In this document: piece after piece, positions 52,277-64,000 of the stretch
Numbering within the stretch: position 1 is the stretch's first letter
How the letters are laid out: every line of letters starts with the position of its first letter
Origin: Chara braunii
Lineage: Eukaryota; Plantae; Charophyceae
Direction: 5' to 3'
NCBI GenBank assembly: GCA_003427395.1
Contig: BFEA01000033.1
Coordinates: 4,958,355 to 5,022,354, forward strand
DNA: 64,000 bases
Translations under genes and position numbers: made by a program
Notes under the pieces: model-generated
Seen by the model: the letters and a program-made list of their open reading frames with translations, nothing else
Database searches by the model: none
What the model was told of the DNA's origin: nothing

Positions 52277-54626
52277 GTGGTAATAAGGAGTAGATCAGTT
52301 GGACGACGAGCAGCCCCTACGAATGCTCAACCGGTTGTGAACCAAGCCCAAAACCAGAACTCGGCGCCTAACCCAGCTCCGCGGCCTCGAGCACCCATGG
52401 CCCCATCGGATCTGTATCTTTTTTATCCTGCACATCACTTAGTCGGAGCATGGTTAGCTACCTTACGAGCACAGCAATACGACAATGACGAAGCTCGGAT
52501 CAATATCCCCGCCAGATTAGGAGGGGACGCGCATCATTGGTTTAACACTTACGTTTGGGTAGACCTCCCAACTTTTGAACGAGATTTCCTTAACCGATTT
52601 GACTACATTCATCCGGAGCAAGTTTTGTTCATGATTAAAAATCGAGTACAAAAGCCACTCGAGTCTGTCACGGAATACCGAAACCGATTTTATAGGATGC
52701 TTGTCAAAACTGAGCGAGGGGAACAAGTCGGGAGGGATCTTTTCATCGATGGGCTTCGCAGCAGGACCATAGGGGCGAAGTTGCAAAAACGATTCTCCCC
52801 GATCAACCATACTCTGCAGCAGATTATGTCTGCGGTAGAATAATTGAGCGGAACTTCGCTGCGAGCTTCCTAGAGGGGGAAGATTATCCTAGAGAGGGTG
52901 ACTCCTCAGAGCTAGCTAGAGCACGGGCCGAGCTGGCCGCGCTTCAAAATAAATTCGAAAACATGGGTTTTGTCTCTGGTCCCATTACCTGAGAAAAGGT
53001 TAACCGACCCCCCATTTTTCACCTCAATTTATAAGAAAACCATAAGGTCATCCCAAACAAACTTCACACCAATCTATAGAGTGCACTTCTTACTAACATA
53101 TTATAAATAAAAAAAAAAAAAAACTTATAAAACAGCAACTCAAAAGTGCATTTTCAGGCAATTTTGCCAAAAAACAACTTCATCAAATTTCAGGATTTTC
53201 ATGATGATTAACAACACAAATTCTAATAACCCGAATGACACCAAATTTGACACACAGCAAGTTTGTCCTAAAACAAAAACAAGCAAAAAAAAAATTGCAA
53301 AAAAATACAAAATTTCACCCCGAAACCCTAATTTCAGGACACTTGTGCATTACCTATTTGGAACATATCGTAACCAAGAAGCCCAGGGCAGATGCAGCCA
53401 CGGGCTTGCCAATGCCTGCGATGGCCGCTCCCGTATCTGTCGTACCCGTTCTTGCACCCCCTCCCGATACAGCGAGCAGGGGCGGTGAGCCAAACGCAAT
53501 GCTAGAACTAACCCGGACTTTGATCAGTCTAATACAAGAAAGCAAAAAGGAACAACGAGAGTTTAACACTCGGATGGAATCCTTGATGAGATCGATGGGC
53601 CCCATTGTCGTTAGGGCTGCCCCTGTGGCACAAGGTACCGCACCCGCTCCACCAGTGGGAGGGATGGCAGCCAATCTGAGTGTCTGCTACACGTGTCATC
53701 AGCCAGGCCATATCGCCCGGGACTGCCCACATCGGCCTGCCCAAGTTCGAGTTGGGGTTGCTCCTGTGGCCGCTGCGCCAGTAGCCAACGGTCCAGGAAG
53801 GTCAGGAACGATGTTCGAAGAAATAGAAGGTGGGGGAAGCACGATAGCTACTACTGAGGAACCAGTGGAACTTATCCCGCTCGATCAATATATCGCCTTA
53901 GGATATCTTGTGTTAGGGATGACCGGAACCATCCGACCGGCGGATGAGCGGAAGGAAGTGGCCGAATGGAGACCTTCCTTAAACGAAATGAAGTCGGGTG
54001 TTCCTTCCTTCGTAACAGGGGAAATCTACGTTTTGAACATTGTTCGGGCCTTAGACCATCGGATTTCATTGCCAATTGGTCATTTGCTGTCTATATCCGA
54101 ACAGGCTAATGAATGCATGTTGCAATATTACAAGGCAAACATAAAACGGTTCGCTCTTAGCAAACTGACAATGTCGAAAAGGAAGACCCCAGCTCTCACT
54201 GACAAGCTCGAAAAGGCCAGCACACCAGACCCAATACGGTTGGGACCAATTCAAAAAGACGATCATTTCTTACGCATTAAAGTCATTCTGTGGAAATCCA
54301 CAGAATGTGACATCGAAGTTTGGGGAGCCCCGTACAATGTTGTCATCGACTCAGGAGCAGTTGTTTTGGGCATATCACTGAGGGTTGGGGAGAAGGCAGG
54401 GCGACAGAAATATCTGATCTCGTTAACCGAGAAAGACCATCTCGTCTCGGCGGATGAAGAAAAAATAAAAGCAGTAGGTCGAATGACGAATGTCGCTTTT
54501 CGGTTGGGAAAGATTCATGCTTTAGGAGATGTGGCAGTATTGGATGTTAATACCTACGATGTACTTCTGGGATTACTGGCGGGCCAATCCGGACTTCGAA
54601 CGGCGATCGGTAATCCTGCGAAGTAG
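52277..54626 (+). pseudogene. gag: gag and aspartic protease (interrupted by 52998-53375)
   Basis: Capsid-like LGGDAHHWF...FLNRF...QKPLESVTEY...FIDGL; knuckle CYTCHQPGHIARDC; protease VVIDSGA...YDVLLG. Confidence 0.9.
52998..53375. mobile_element. AT-rich 378-bp insertion with GGTTA...TAACC ends inside gag
   Basis: Removing it plus a duplicated AA restores ...GAA AAG AAG CCC AGG (EKKPR). Shares CCGAAACCCTAATTTCAG with 38-141. Confidence 0.7.
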
Positions 54627-55178
54627 AAGCGTGAAACCATATGTTATTCCCATGCGCCTAACTTTGTGGACCATGATGCCCCCGACTCAGAAAATTCCTC
54701 AGACTCCCGGAGTCGCTCTCCGAGTAATCACCTGGGGCCAACCAACTCAGAAACTCGAGTATGAGGATGAGGAACGTAGTTCCCCCAGCGAGTCCGATAG
54801 CGAAAATGAAGCCGATCCCGATACAATCCGACAGTTGATTCGCTATCCAATCCAATAGAAGACTTCTAAAACGTTGGTCCTTACGGAAAGAAACTTGCAA
54901 AGGACCCGGTTCGGGAACCCCTCGTACAAGTATCCCGGATGATGGACTCTTTGGAACCCCCTCAAACCCTGTACGACGCCACGACCCTGCTTTTCTCGAG
55001 ATACCGAGAGAAGAAGGCGTTTTGCAACATCTCAGGGCTGCCTCGTTCCTTACTGTCACCCGATAAGGAGGTGCGATTATTACGCTTAGGGGCCGAAAGC
55101 GAAACTTTGGAACCCCCTGGGCGCGACGACTCTACGCTTTACGAGCTTGGGATCAAAATCGCCAAGAAGCCGGTTTCT

Positions 55179-55960
55179 TGGCAAGATATTAGCGACGGTG
55201 TGACCCTGGAAGAACACGTGGTTATCCGGGAAGAAGACGCTCAGATGGTCGCCACCGTGTTCTTCTGGAGGTCGGATAACTCCTTCATTTCTGCTCCCCC
55301 TACTGAGAATGACCACAGAGTGAACACAAAACACGTGGCGGTTACCATACATGGAAAACCATACGAATTGCATGTGCCTCAGTATGTACCTAACGAAACC
55401 CACCGACTGATTGCGGAGATCCTGATTTAATATCAAGAGACAATTAGCGTAACGGATACGGATATTGGATTATCTTTAGTCATTCAACACGAGACTCGAG
55501 CCGGAACGCATCCCCCGATCCACTGTAAGCCATACCGATATTCTCTCGCAGAAAGAAAAACTGCACTACCTGGCAAAACATTAGCGACGGTGTGACCCCG
55601 GAAGAACACATGGCTATCCGGGAAGAAGGCGCTCAGATGGTCACCACCGTGTTCTCCTGGCGGTCGGATAACTCTTCATTTCTGTTCCCCCTACTGAGAA
55701 TGACCATAGAATGAACACAAAACACATGGCGGTTACCATACATGGAAAACCATACGAATTGCATGTGCCTCAATATGTACCTAACGAAACCCACCGGCTG
55801 ATTGCGGATATCCTGACTTAATATCAAGAGACAATTAGCGTAACGGATATGGATATTGGATTATCTTTAGTCATTCAACACGAGATTCAGGCCGGAACGC
55901 ATCCCCCGATCCACTGTAAGCCATACCGATATTCTCTCGCAGAAAGAAAAACTGCACTAC
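55179..55960 (+). repeat. ~391-bp tandem duplication at the start of RT
   Basis: TGGCAA.A.ATTAGCGACGG...ACTGCACTAC at 55179-55569 and 55571-55960. Confidence 0.95.
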
Positions 55961-57302
55961 GGAGGATTCGGGAGTTCGAGGTTAACGGATGCATCGAACC
56001 AGCAACCGGATCTTGGTCATTTCCCGTGGTCTTAGTCCCGAAGAAGAGCGGGTCGATTCGTATTTGCATTGATTACAGGAAATTGAACGATATCACGATC
56101 AAGGATGTGTACCCCCTTACCTGGATTGATGATTTGTTGGATGCGATTGGGTATGCAAATTATTTTAGTAAGTTTGATATTCCCCACGGATTTCATCACA
56201 TCTTGGTTAGAGAGGAGGATCGGCCAGAGACGACCTTCGTATTATTCGAGGGCACGTGGCATTGGATTCGTTGTCCGATGGGAATCTGCAATGCACCAGA
56301 CACATTCCAAAGGGCGATGAACGTGACCTTTTAGAATTTCGTTAACAAGACTCGACTGACGCAGGGTATGATCTATTTCTGCGTTATTGTGTACATGGAT
56401 GATATTCTGGTCTACTCGGATTCTTTTCACGGGCATGCGCAACATCTTGAATGGACGCTGGGAGCACTGCGGGACGTTGGGTTCAAAATTGCATTGGAAA
56501 AGAGCGAGTTCTTCCTCTCAGAAATCTTGTTCTTGTGCTACGTACTGACGCGAGGCGGATTGAGGCAACATTTGAGAAAGGTCGCGGCGGTCCGAGAAGC
56601 TCCCATGCCTACATCACTAACACAGGTTCATGCATTTTTGGGGCTGGTATCGTACTACCGAAGATTTATCAAGGGTTTTGCAGTGATCGCGCGACCTCTC
56701 ACGAACCTTTTGCGTAAGGACCAGCCCCTACGGTGGGACGCTGAGTGCGAGAGGACCTTTGTCACTCTGAAGGAAACTCTGGTTATGACGCCTATGTTGG
56801 TTCGCCCGGACCCGCAAAAGCACTACATACTCATTACGGATTGGCAGCCTGAAGCGATTTCCACAATTCTAACCCAGGAAGGGAGAGACCAGCGTGAACA
56901 AGTTATTGAATACGCTTCGCGGACAGTGCCTAACGAACGGAGAAACGATTCAGCCCCTCAGGGAGAGTGTTACGCAGTGGTTTGGGGAATTAGCATTTTC
57001 ATTCATACCTTTACGGGCAGAAGTTCCTCCTCGTCACGGATCATGAGCCCTTTTTGGCCCTCAAGAGGCTCACCAATTACACGGGCATGATTGGACATTG
57101 GGTGGTACGGTTACAAGAGTATGACTTCGATATCGTCCACCGGAAGACGTAGAAGCACGGGAACGCTGACGGCTTGACACGTCTGCATCGACCCGACAAG
57201 GTGACTAAACGGGAGGAGATTACCCCGTGGAAGGAACCGGAACCGACCAACGAGCGATCATATGGACAAGTGGCCATCCTTCCTCGAGCTCCTAAGGGGT
57301 GA
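55849..57302 (+). pseudogene. pol: Reverse transcriptase and RNase H
   Basis: RICIDYRKLN, YPL, PMGICNAP, VYMDDILVYS, FLGLVSYYRRFI, ITDWQP, ECYAVVWG, TDH, HGNADGLTR. Stops and frameshifts present. Confidence 0.95.
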
Positions 57303-57307
57303 TCGTC

Positions 57308-58880
57308 ATGATGGCAATGGGGCGTGGAGGTAATCCCGAAGGTCCCCTTTCTCCTCTCTCATCCTCCTCTTTCCCCTCCCTCCCTGACAAGTTTTGCTAT
57401 TGTTGCGAGGCCATTTCGAAAGTCTATTCGGTCCCTATGCGACCAAGCGGGAAAGGATATGTTGAATGGGTAGACTGTCAACGATGTGTTTCACGAGCCC
57501 ATAGCTCCTGTATCCAGTATCTGGAATGCGGACAAACCCTAGCTGTGTCCTCTGTGTCACACCGACAAAATCCCGACGGAGGCTCGATTTCTCAAAGCCA
57601 CGTTGGAAGGACTAGAAAAGACCCGACGGCTTAGAAGGGTTGAAGTATGGACATATGTCGTCCTGATAGCTACGGTGGTTGGAAACCCTCTCCGAGACTT
57701 CACCAAGGAAGACCGGAGATGGGCCAACGAGAGGGCTCGGGATTACTGATGGAATGAGGGACGGTTAGAAAAACGAAAAAACGGACGGAAGCGGGATTTG
57801 GATGTTTGTCCCGCATCCATTTGTGAGGTACAACTGGGTTAAGACAGCCCACGAGGAAACGGCGGCTCATTTCGCTGTCCGGATCACAGAGGCAGCGATT
57901 GATAAAAACAAATGGTATTGGTCCAACATTCGCGACGACGTCAAGTTCATCGTCCGAAATTGTCAGGTCTGCGCGGTTGACAAGGCGCCGATTCAACCAC
58001 CTAGGTCGATAGTGCCTACCGTAGTTGAACGGCCATTCCAGAGGGTTAGTATAGACACCACATATATTTTCGTTCACCCAGGACCTAATAGCTGCGAGTA
58101 TTCAATTCTATTGGTTTTAGTAGACCATTTCTCAAAATGGATCGAGGCCTATCCGTGCAAGACATGACAGGCGACCGAAATTGCGCGACACGTCAACCGT
58201 TTTCTCGGGACGCACGAGGATACCGAGGAAATCCTGACGGATAATGTGGCAAAATTTAGAGGGGAAGTTTTGAGGAATCTGGTCTTACAGGGTGTCTCCA
58301 TTCGCAATACTGCTCCCCACATGTCGCAATCCAATGGACTGGTAGAGAACGCCAATCGGGTGATTAAGACTGCCCTGCTACGCAATATCGCGGCCAATGA
58401 CACTAGGCCTTGGCCCGATATCGTGGACCATATCTTCGCTATCCACCAGGGGACACCCCACGAGTCCACGGGTCTAACCCCCTTCCCACTGCGGACCAAT
58501 AGCCTACCCTGTGTAGCCCTACCAAGCCTAAATGATGAGACGACCCTCCCACGACGGAGCACTAGGGCGACAATTAAGGATAAGGCCCAACGCCACTTGG
58601 AATTAATGGAAAAGGTCCTCCCCTGACTGGCCCGAAAAAGACAGCGGATGACGGAAATGGCCCACGGTAGACAGGTTCGGAGTTATGAGGCCCCAAATGG
58701 GAATGCTGGGCCTCGGCCCTAGTATAAACTAGGGGACATGGTGCAGGTGAGGAAATGTGCTCGCCAAGGCAAGCTAGCGCCACGATTCTTCGGGCGATTT
58801 CGTGTGGTAGAGCTAGGTCCAAGCAGGGTGAACACGGTACGGCTTGCGCCGGAGGTGTCGGAAAGTTGATCGGCTCGTCC
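57308..58880 (+). pseudogene. PHD finger plus integrase (HHCC, DDE, GPY/F)
   Basis: FCYC...WVDCQRC..RAHSSC/..P*LCPLC; AHEETAAH...CQVC; VSIDT, LVDHFSKW, LTDN, QSNGLVENAN; KLAPRFFGRF. Confidence 0.85.
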
Positions 58881-59030
58881 GATCATTCGACACATGTCCT
58901 ACCTTCGTCCTCTCCCTTCTTCCCCTCCTCCTCCTTCGTCTGCATCGTCCCTCGGTCAAAACAAGGACGACGACTCTTTAGAATCCTCCTTTCTCTCTCA
59001 ACCATCGTCTTCGACCCCGCCTCCATCACC

Positions 59031-59510
59031 ATGAGTTTTTCAACGGAGCAGGTGATCAGCGAGCGACTAATGGTACCTGTGGGAGCCTTCTCAACGATCC
59101 GGCAAGTACGGCATCCTCGATTGAGTCCACATCTTCTCCGATTCGCGGCCTCCTTCAGTACATCGGCCATCCACGAGGCGACAGAGTTCCAGTTCGGCTA
59201 GTCTAGGGTGGCCCGAGTGCTGGCCGAGGTGTCAGCCTTCTTGCGCTTGTCCCCACCCGGCGAGAGCCACGTGTCGTTCGTTGTCGTCTTCACAGGCGAC
59301 ATCACAACAATGCACCCATCACGACACATCGTCGTCCTCCGACGATTGCGGGACAGGGCAGCACGCATCACGACTGAGTGGGTGCGACTATTGGCCCGAC
59401 CACGCGATCGTGTCATAACCACGAACGACATCAATCTCCGGCTTAGGGTCTCCTCCGCCGCGCCAGATGTTACCCTTCTTGTGCTTCGTCCCTTCGGTCG
59501 GCCTCAATGA
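59031..59510 (+). pseudogene. Extra 3' ORF A, unknown function
   Basis: MSFSTEQV...FGRPQ in a single frame with one internal TAG at 59199. Confidence 0.45.
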
Positions 59511-60543
59511 ACTGTCATGGCCTCTCTACCTTCAGTCTCCCCTCTGACGTCCCCACGTTTTGGCAATCCGCCGCGGAAGCGTCCCTCTCCTTCACGATCA
59601 AGCCATTTGATGTGCCGATTCTAGACGCGGTCAAGTGGACGCATTGGTGGCAAACCTACGTGGCGCTCAGTTTCCTCCTCCTTGGAGTCACCTTCCATTG
59701 GGCGGAACCCGCAGACAGGAGAGTGGAGGATGAGATCCCGGACGACGAGGTGGAATTGCTGCTCATCCAAGGGTGGAGAACAGACACGGAGGGAGATTTT
59801 TTGGGGATCGTGTTTGGAGAAGTGTGCAACGGCCATCTGAGTTTCATTACGGATGAGCTGCGGGTGCTTCTAACCCAAGTACTCGACAACCTGCCGTTGG
59901 AGATCCTCTCGCACTGTGACGAGAGACCAAGGACAACCACGCTAACTCGTACCCTGGAACCGCATCTTCTTTGGTCCACCTGTACGGAACAGGAGGAGGG
60001 AAGCTATTACGTATCCTCGGCGGGTACGTATCTACACGTCGACGTCACCGATCTTTTCACGTGGGACCCGCTCATCCGGCTCACTCCCGCAGGAGAGACG
60101 AGTGAAGACGAGGAGGAGGACGACGAAGAAGAAGCATCGGCCGAGGAAGAAAATCAGGAATCGAATCACGATTACCAAGGATCGGAGGACGCCGAGTCGA
60201 AAGAGGCCAGTTCAAGGCGAGCGGAATCAGATGAAGAAGAAGGTGGAGCGGGGGGCGTGGACCGGGGGAGTCGAGCGGTCCCGACGAGCTGAGCCGGGAA
60301 GAAAGAGAGGTTATGGCGCAGAGGAGACGGGCAGCAGCGGAAGAAAAGCGGTCGATCGAGGAATCAAGAGGGCCACCGCAATTGCTGCAGGACGATCCGG
60401 CGCGCAATCCAGAACCGTCGCAGGAGGAAGATGAACGAGATGGAAGCGCCACCACGAAGGGATCAAGAAGTCGGCGCCGCCGAAGGAGTCAATCGCCCTC
60501 CCAATCCTCCCCAGTTCGACCCGCAACCCTTCGTTTACGTTGA
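59507..60543 (+). pseudogene. Extra 3' ORF B: globular Trp-rich domain, then acidic and Arg/Ser tail
   Basis: 261-aa ORF 59507-60292 continued after a frameshift by 60313-60543. Confidence 0.65.
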
Positions 60544-61360
60544 GATGGGTCGGGCGGCAAATTGCATGGACGTCCTCGTTTCTTTTCGTTTTCTGTTGGA
60601 AGTTGTCAGATCGGTGTCAGGAAAATCCCGTGCCAACGGTTGGGTGGTCGCGCCATGACGAGCGTGGGAAATAATTGTACCATAGTTTCTTTTTTGTTCT
60701 GATGTGAGCGCTGGGAATTTTGGCGCGATCATCGTGCGGGAATATTGTTTTTGAATTTTCAACTGATATCGAACCCCCACGAGCTCGCGTTGGGAACTGG
60801 GTTCTGACTGGATCGCGCCCTTAATCTTGTGCAACTGTCATTTTTTGCGGGCGTGATTGTAACTGTATCTTTCTTCTTTCTTTGTTTCCTCGTGTTTGGC
60901 CGCCTTCTTCTTCTTCTTCCTCGCCTTGCACACTCTATTTTAATTGCCCGGAGCGCCTGCATGACCGGATTGATGTGTGGAGTGTGGCTACGACCCCCAC
61001 ACCGCGACCTGACCATGCAGACGTAGGCACTTCCTCTCTTCTCCTCTTGTCCACCTGGGCTTAATCCCGTACCTATCGCGCAGGCATGCATGCTATAAAT
61101 TCTGCAAGCGCGATTACTTTGCTCTCTAAGAATTTTGAGGTTAATGCGATCAGTGAGGGTCGGCTAACGAGCAAGTTTGGAAGGTGAGTGAGTGTGAGAG
61201 TTGGGCGATTCGACGAGCTGGTGTCGGGTGTGCGAGGTTGACGTGCGGGGCCACGACGGACTGTGGCGCACGGGCGAACCTGGCTTGCATGCTCGAACCA
61301 AGCGGGGTGACAACTCTGTGTTGATGCGAGGCGACGAACTGCCTGCATCGGGAGAGAGAG

Positions 61361-61411
<51 letters not shown>

Positions 61412-62886
61412 AGTTGTGTGGGTGTGGGATAAGGTTCTTTTCGTTGTTCCTTCCTTTCCCTCTGTTCATCTGTATAATTTTGGATCCGGATATGGTTGAT
61501 TTTATTGCGGCCTTCTTTTTGGGCTTCTTTTGTGACTCGTCTCGGATTTTCCTTGTCGTTCGTATTTTGTATGAATGCATGGAATGAATGTGAATTCCCT
61601 TTTAATTAGCGATCTTTGCGGATTCCNAATCTTGTTTTGCGATGCCCCGTTTCGTCTCTGTCTACTTCTCGCTTGCGTAAGCTATACGCTCAGATATGAT
61701 TGAAAGGACTCGATTATGGATGTTTTGGTTTAGTCGTTAAAACGTTCGATCGACAAGAGTGCTATAAGAAGTTGATGATCCTTTCTCTTCTTTCCTCCTT
61801 TTTGTCACATGTATGAGATGAAATGATTGGATCTCACCCGACGCCGCAGGGATAGGATATTTGCATGCATGTTGAATGCGATCGCCACGCTGAACCAACC
61901 TGTTGTTTCTCACGTGCACGCTCGCGTACGACTGCGATCTCGAGGAAATCGAGTCGCCGTGTACNCGTTTGTCTGCCTGAGTCAGCCTTGGAAGTCCATA
62001 TAAGGATGCAAGGGACCGAGCTTTGTAAACAAATATGGCTGCGGAATTTCCCTCTTGGATGTCTGATCGTGAGAGTCTAAGGGACCCGGAATACCGCGAA
62101 TACTGGGAAGGTGAATAACTTTGACGGCGGGGAACTTAAGAAATCCGGAATTCCCCTGTCTAACAGAAAGTGATCGATTGTGTGCGAGGGACTTTCACTG
62201 TGTCATAACTAACGATCCTAGGGGCCCTGATTACCGAGATACTTATAATACGCAGTATTTCATATCCCCCGGTTTCGTCGTTGTTACTACCAATTTCCCT
62301 CCCTTCCACCTCCTCCTTCCATATCACCAACTCATGGTGGTGCCGTGGAATTCCATAGCCCGCTATTGGCCCCGCATACCGTGCGAAAAGTGTCGGCGGC
62401 ACCAGGCTTATCGAGCCTCGGAATTTGCTCGGCGAACTCGCACCGAAGTCGAGCGGCGCCAACATATTGTCGAACAGCGTGACCAGCCACGAAGGCGAAA
62501 CCAGAGGAGATGGTGATTCCCATTTCTTTTAGGCTTGAGAATTGAGTTCGTTGGCAGGGGCAATGTCGTTGGGATTTTGCTCAATAATGCACGAGTGTTT
62601 AGATCTGTCGGTACTGTGATCGGGGAAAAGTGCCCCGGATCTTTAGCCTGAGATGCACTGCGCATGCCATCTGCCTTATGCTGCAGGGCATCAGCAGCTT
62701 CCCTTCTGTGCACACCCTCTTTGCGCTTATACCCCCGAAACTTGCCACAAGAGATCTCAGTTCCGACCTGGGACTCCACCCCCACTTTCCTAAAATCCTT
62801 GGCACACCCCTTTTCGCACTTCGGGGCCCCCATCCCACTCTGATCAGGAACTTCAAGTCGCGCTGGGCGTGAGGTTGGGCGTCACA
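60543..62886 (+). repeat. 3' LTR (lacks first ~87 bp and ~560 bp internal)
   Basis: Alignment by eye to the 5' LTR. Confidence 0.9.
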
Positions 62887-63090
62887 GGACAAGGTAGCAA
62901 AATTTTGTGGAGTGAAATTACAAAACCCCTTTTTCCCTCTGTTCAAGATAACTGTTAAGTTCTGAATCATTGTCTTCATGGTGCTTGCCGATGATAATTT
63001 ACTGGACTATTATCATCCCTCCCGGAATAGATAGGGCCAATGTGCGGATGTGTAACATGTATATAAAAATATATATGCATGTGTTTGATG

Positions 63091-63124
<34 letters not shown>
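63091..63124 (+). repeat. (ATCT)n microsatellite
   Basis: Direct reading. Confidence 0.95.
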
Positions 63125-63916
63125 GATGTAGACATGTATAGATATATCTTCAGAAACATTCGGATCTGTACATAATCGGATGAGGAATAGCGAATGGGTA
63201 ACGCGGAACGTGACTTGTACATAATGGTATGAGGGTTACTGTAATGAAAATTTGTGGGTATGGGGACCGTCGGTGAATGTAAATACCACAGCGCTGGGTG
63301 GCACTGTGAGGGTGGGGACAGGGACCCCTAATAGATTGTAAATGACGGGCGCTACTGAGGAATGGGTTGATATATAAAGTATATGGCATAAGTAGGTGAG
63401 CAAATGGTTAACATGTGAGCACATAGGCAGACTGGTTTTCTAATCGGGGGGGGGAGTGAAAGGCCCAGTGAAAGCCCCTAGCATTTTGTGGCGCTGAAAA
63501 GGAGAACCATGACAGCATGTGTGGCTGCCTCCCGGTGGCGCTCCCATGGTAGGGCACGGAACGAGTTCGGGCCCATTGGCCCTGTTGCATGCAGTTCTGG
63601 CAACAGGCAGACCTGATACCCACTTGCCTCACCCACCTATCCCTCTTCTCCTAGTATTTCTGCTACTGTAAACTTGTCTTTCAGCTTGCCGGTCATGAGC
63701 AATCGGACTGCAGCCTCCCAGAATAGATGGGACTCTGTCTGTTTTCTGGCAAAAAAAGGGACTCTGGACATGGTGTTCAGCAGGCGTTGCTCCCAACAAG
63801 CTGCAAGTGGGACCCCAAGACGGGTGCTCTAACAGAGAGAAAAAAAGCATTGGGGGTGTCAAAAATGTGTAGAACACCTGATTATTTGCTTTAATCTGAC
63901 TACACTGCCCTGCCTT

Positions 63917-63919
<3 letters not shown>

Positions 63920-64000
<81 letters not shown>
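63920..64000 (+). repeat. (GA)n microsatellite
   Basis: Direct reading. Confidence 0.95.

Larger units (their letters stand above)
49169..62886 (+). mobile_element. Full-length decayed Ty3/gypsy retrotransposon (13.7 kb)
   Basis: Termini TGTGACG...CGTCACA, TSD GGAC (49165-68 and 62887-90), long LTRs, gag-PR-RT-RH-IN order. Confidence 0.95.

Noticed and set aside
59507-60292. env gene
   Set aside because: No signal peptide, cleavage site or C-terminal anchor, so it is kept as an unknown extra ORF.
63400-63880. Possible host exon on the minus strand
   Set aside because: No recognisable domain or consistent splice structure.

Overview
Repeat-saturated eukaryotic DNA with N-gaps and no intact host gene. 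The element types and tRNA primer sites look plant/streptophyte-like; a Chara-like alga is my guess and is not verifiable here. From left to right: (1) small MITEs and an L1-type LINE tail. (2) A minus-strand LTR interrupted by a 14.2-kb cassette (2940-17146) bracketed by a ~228-bp direct duplication. The cassette has dozens of copies of one ~25-bp palindrome in several tandem arrays, plus decayed divergent genes, one with a ParB/Srx-like 'xQH' motif. (3) A PIF/Harbinger MITE and a foldback element. (4) A ~12-kb same-strand stack of 5'-truncated L1-like LINEs sharing a structured 3' motif. (5) A decayed chromovirus whose integrase is split by a tRNA-Asp-primed LTR element. (6) A full-length but decayed 13.7-kb Ty3/gypsy element (TSD GGAC) with a PHD finger just upstream of its integrase and extra 3' ORFs. 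The best candidates for something undescribed are the ParB-like/palindrome-array cassette and the PHD-integrase retrotransposon. Coordinates marked ~ were read by eye.
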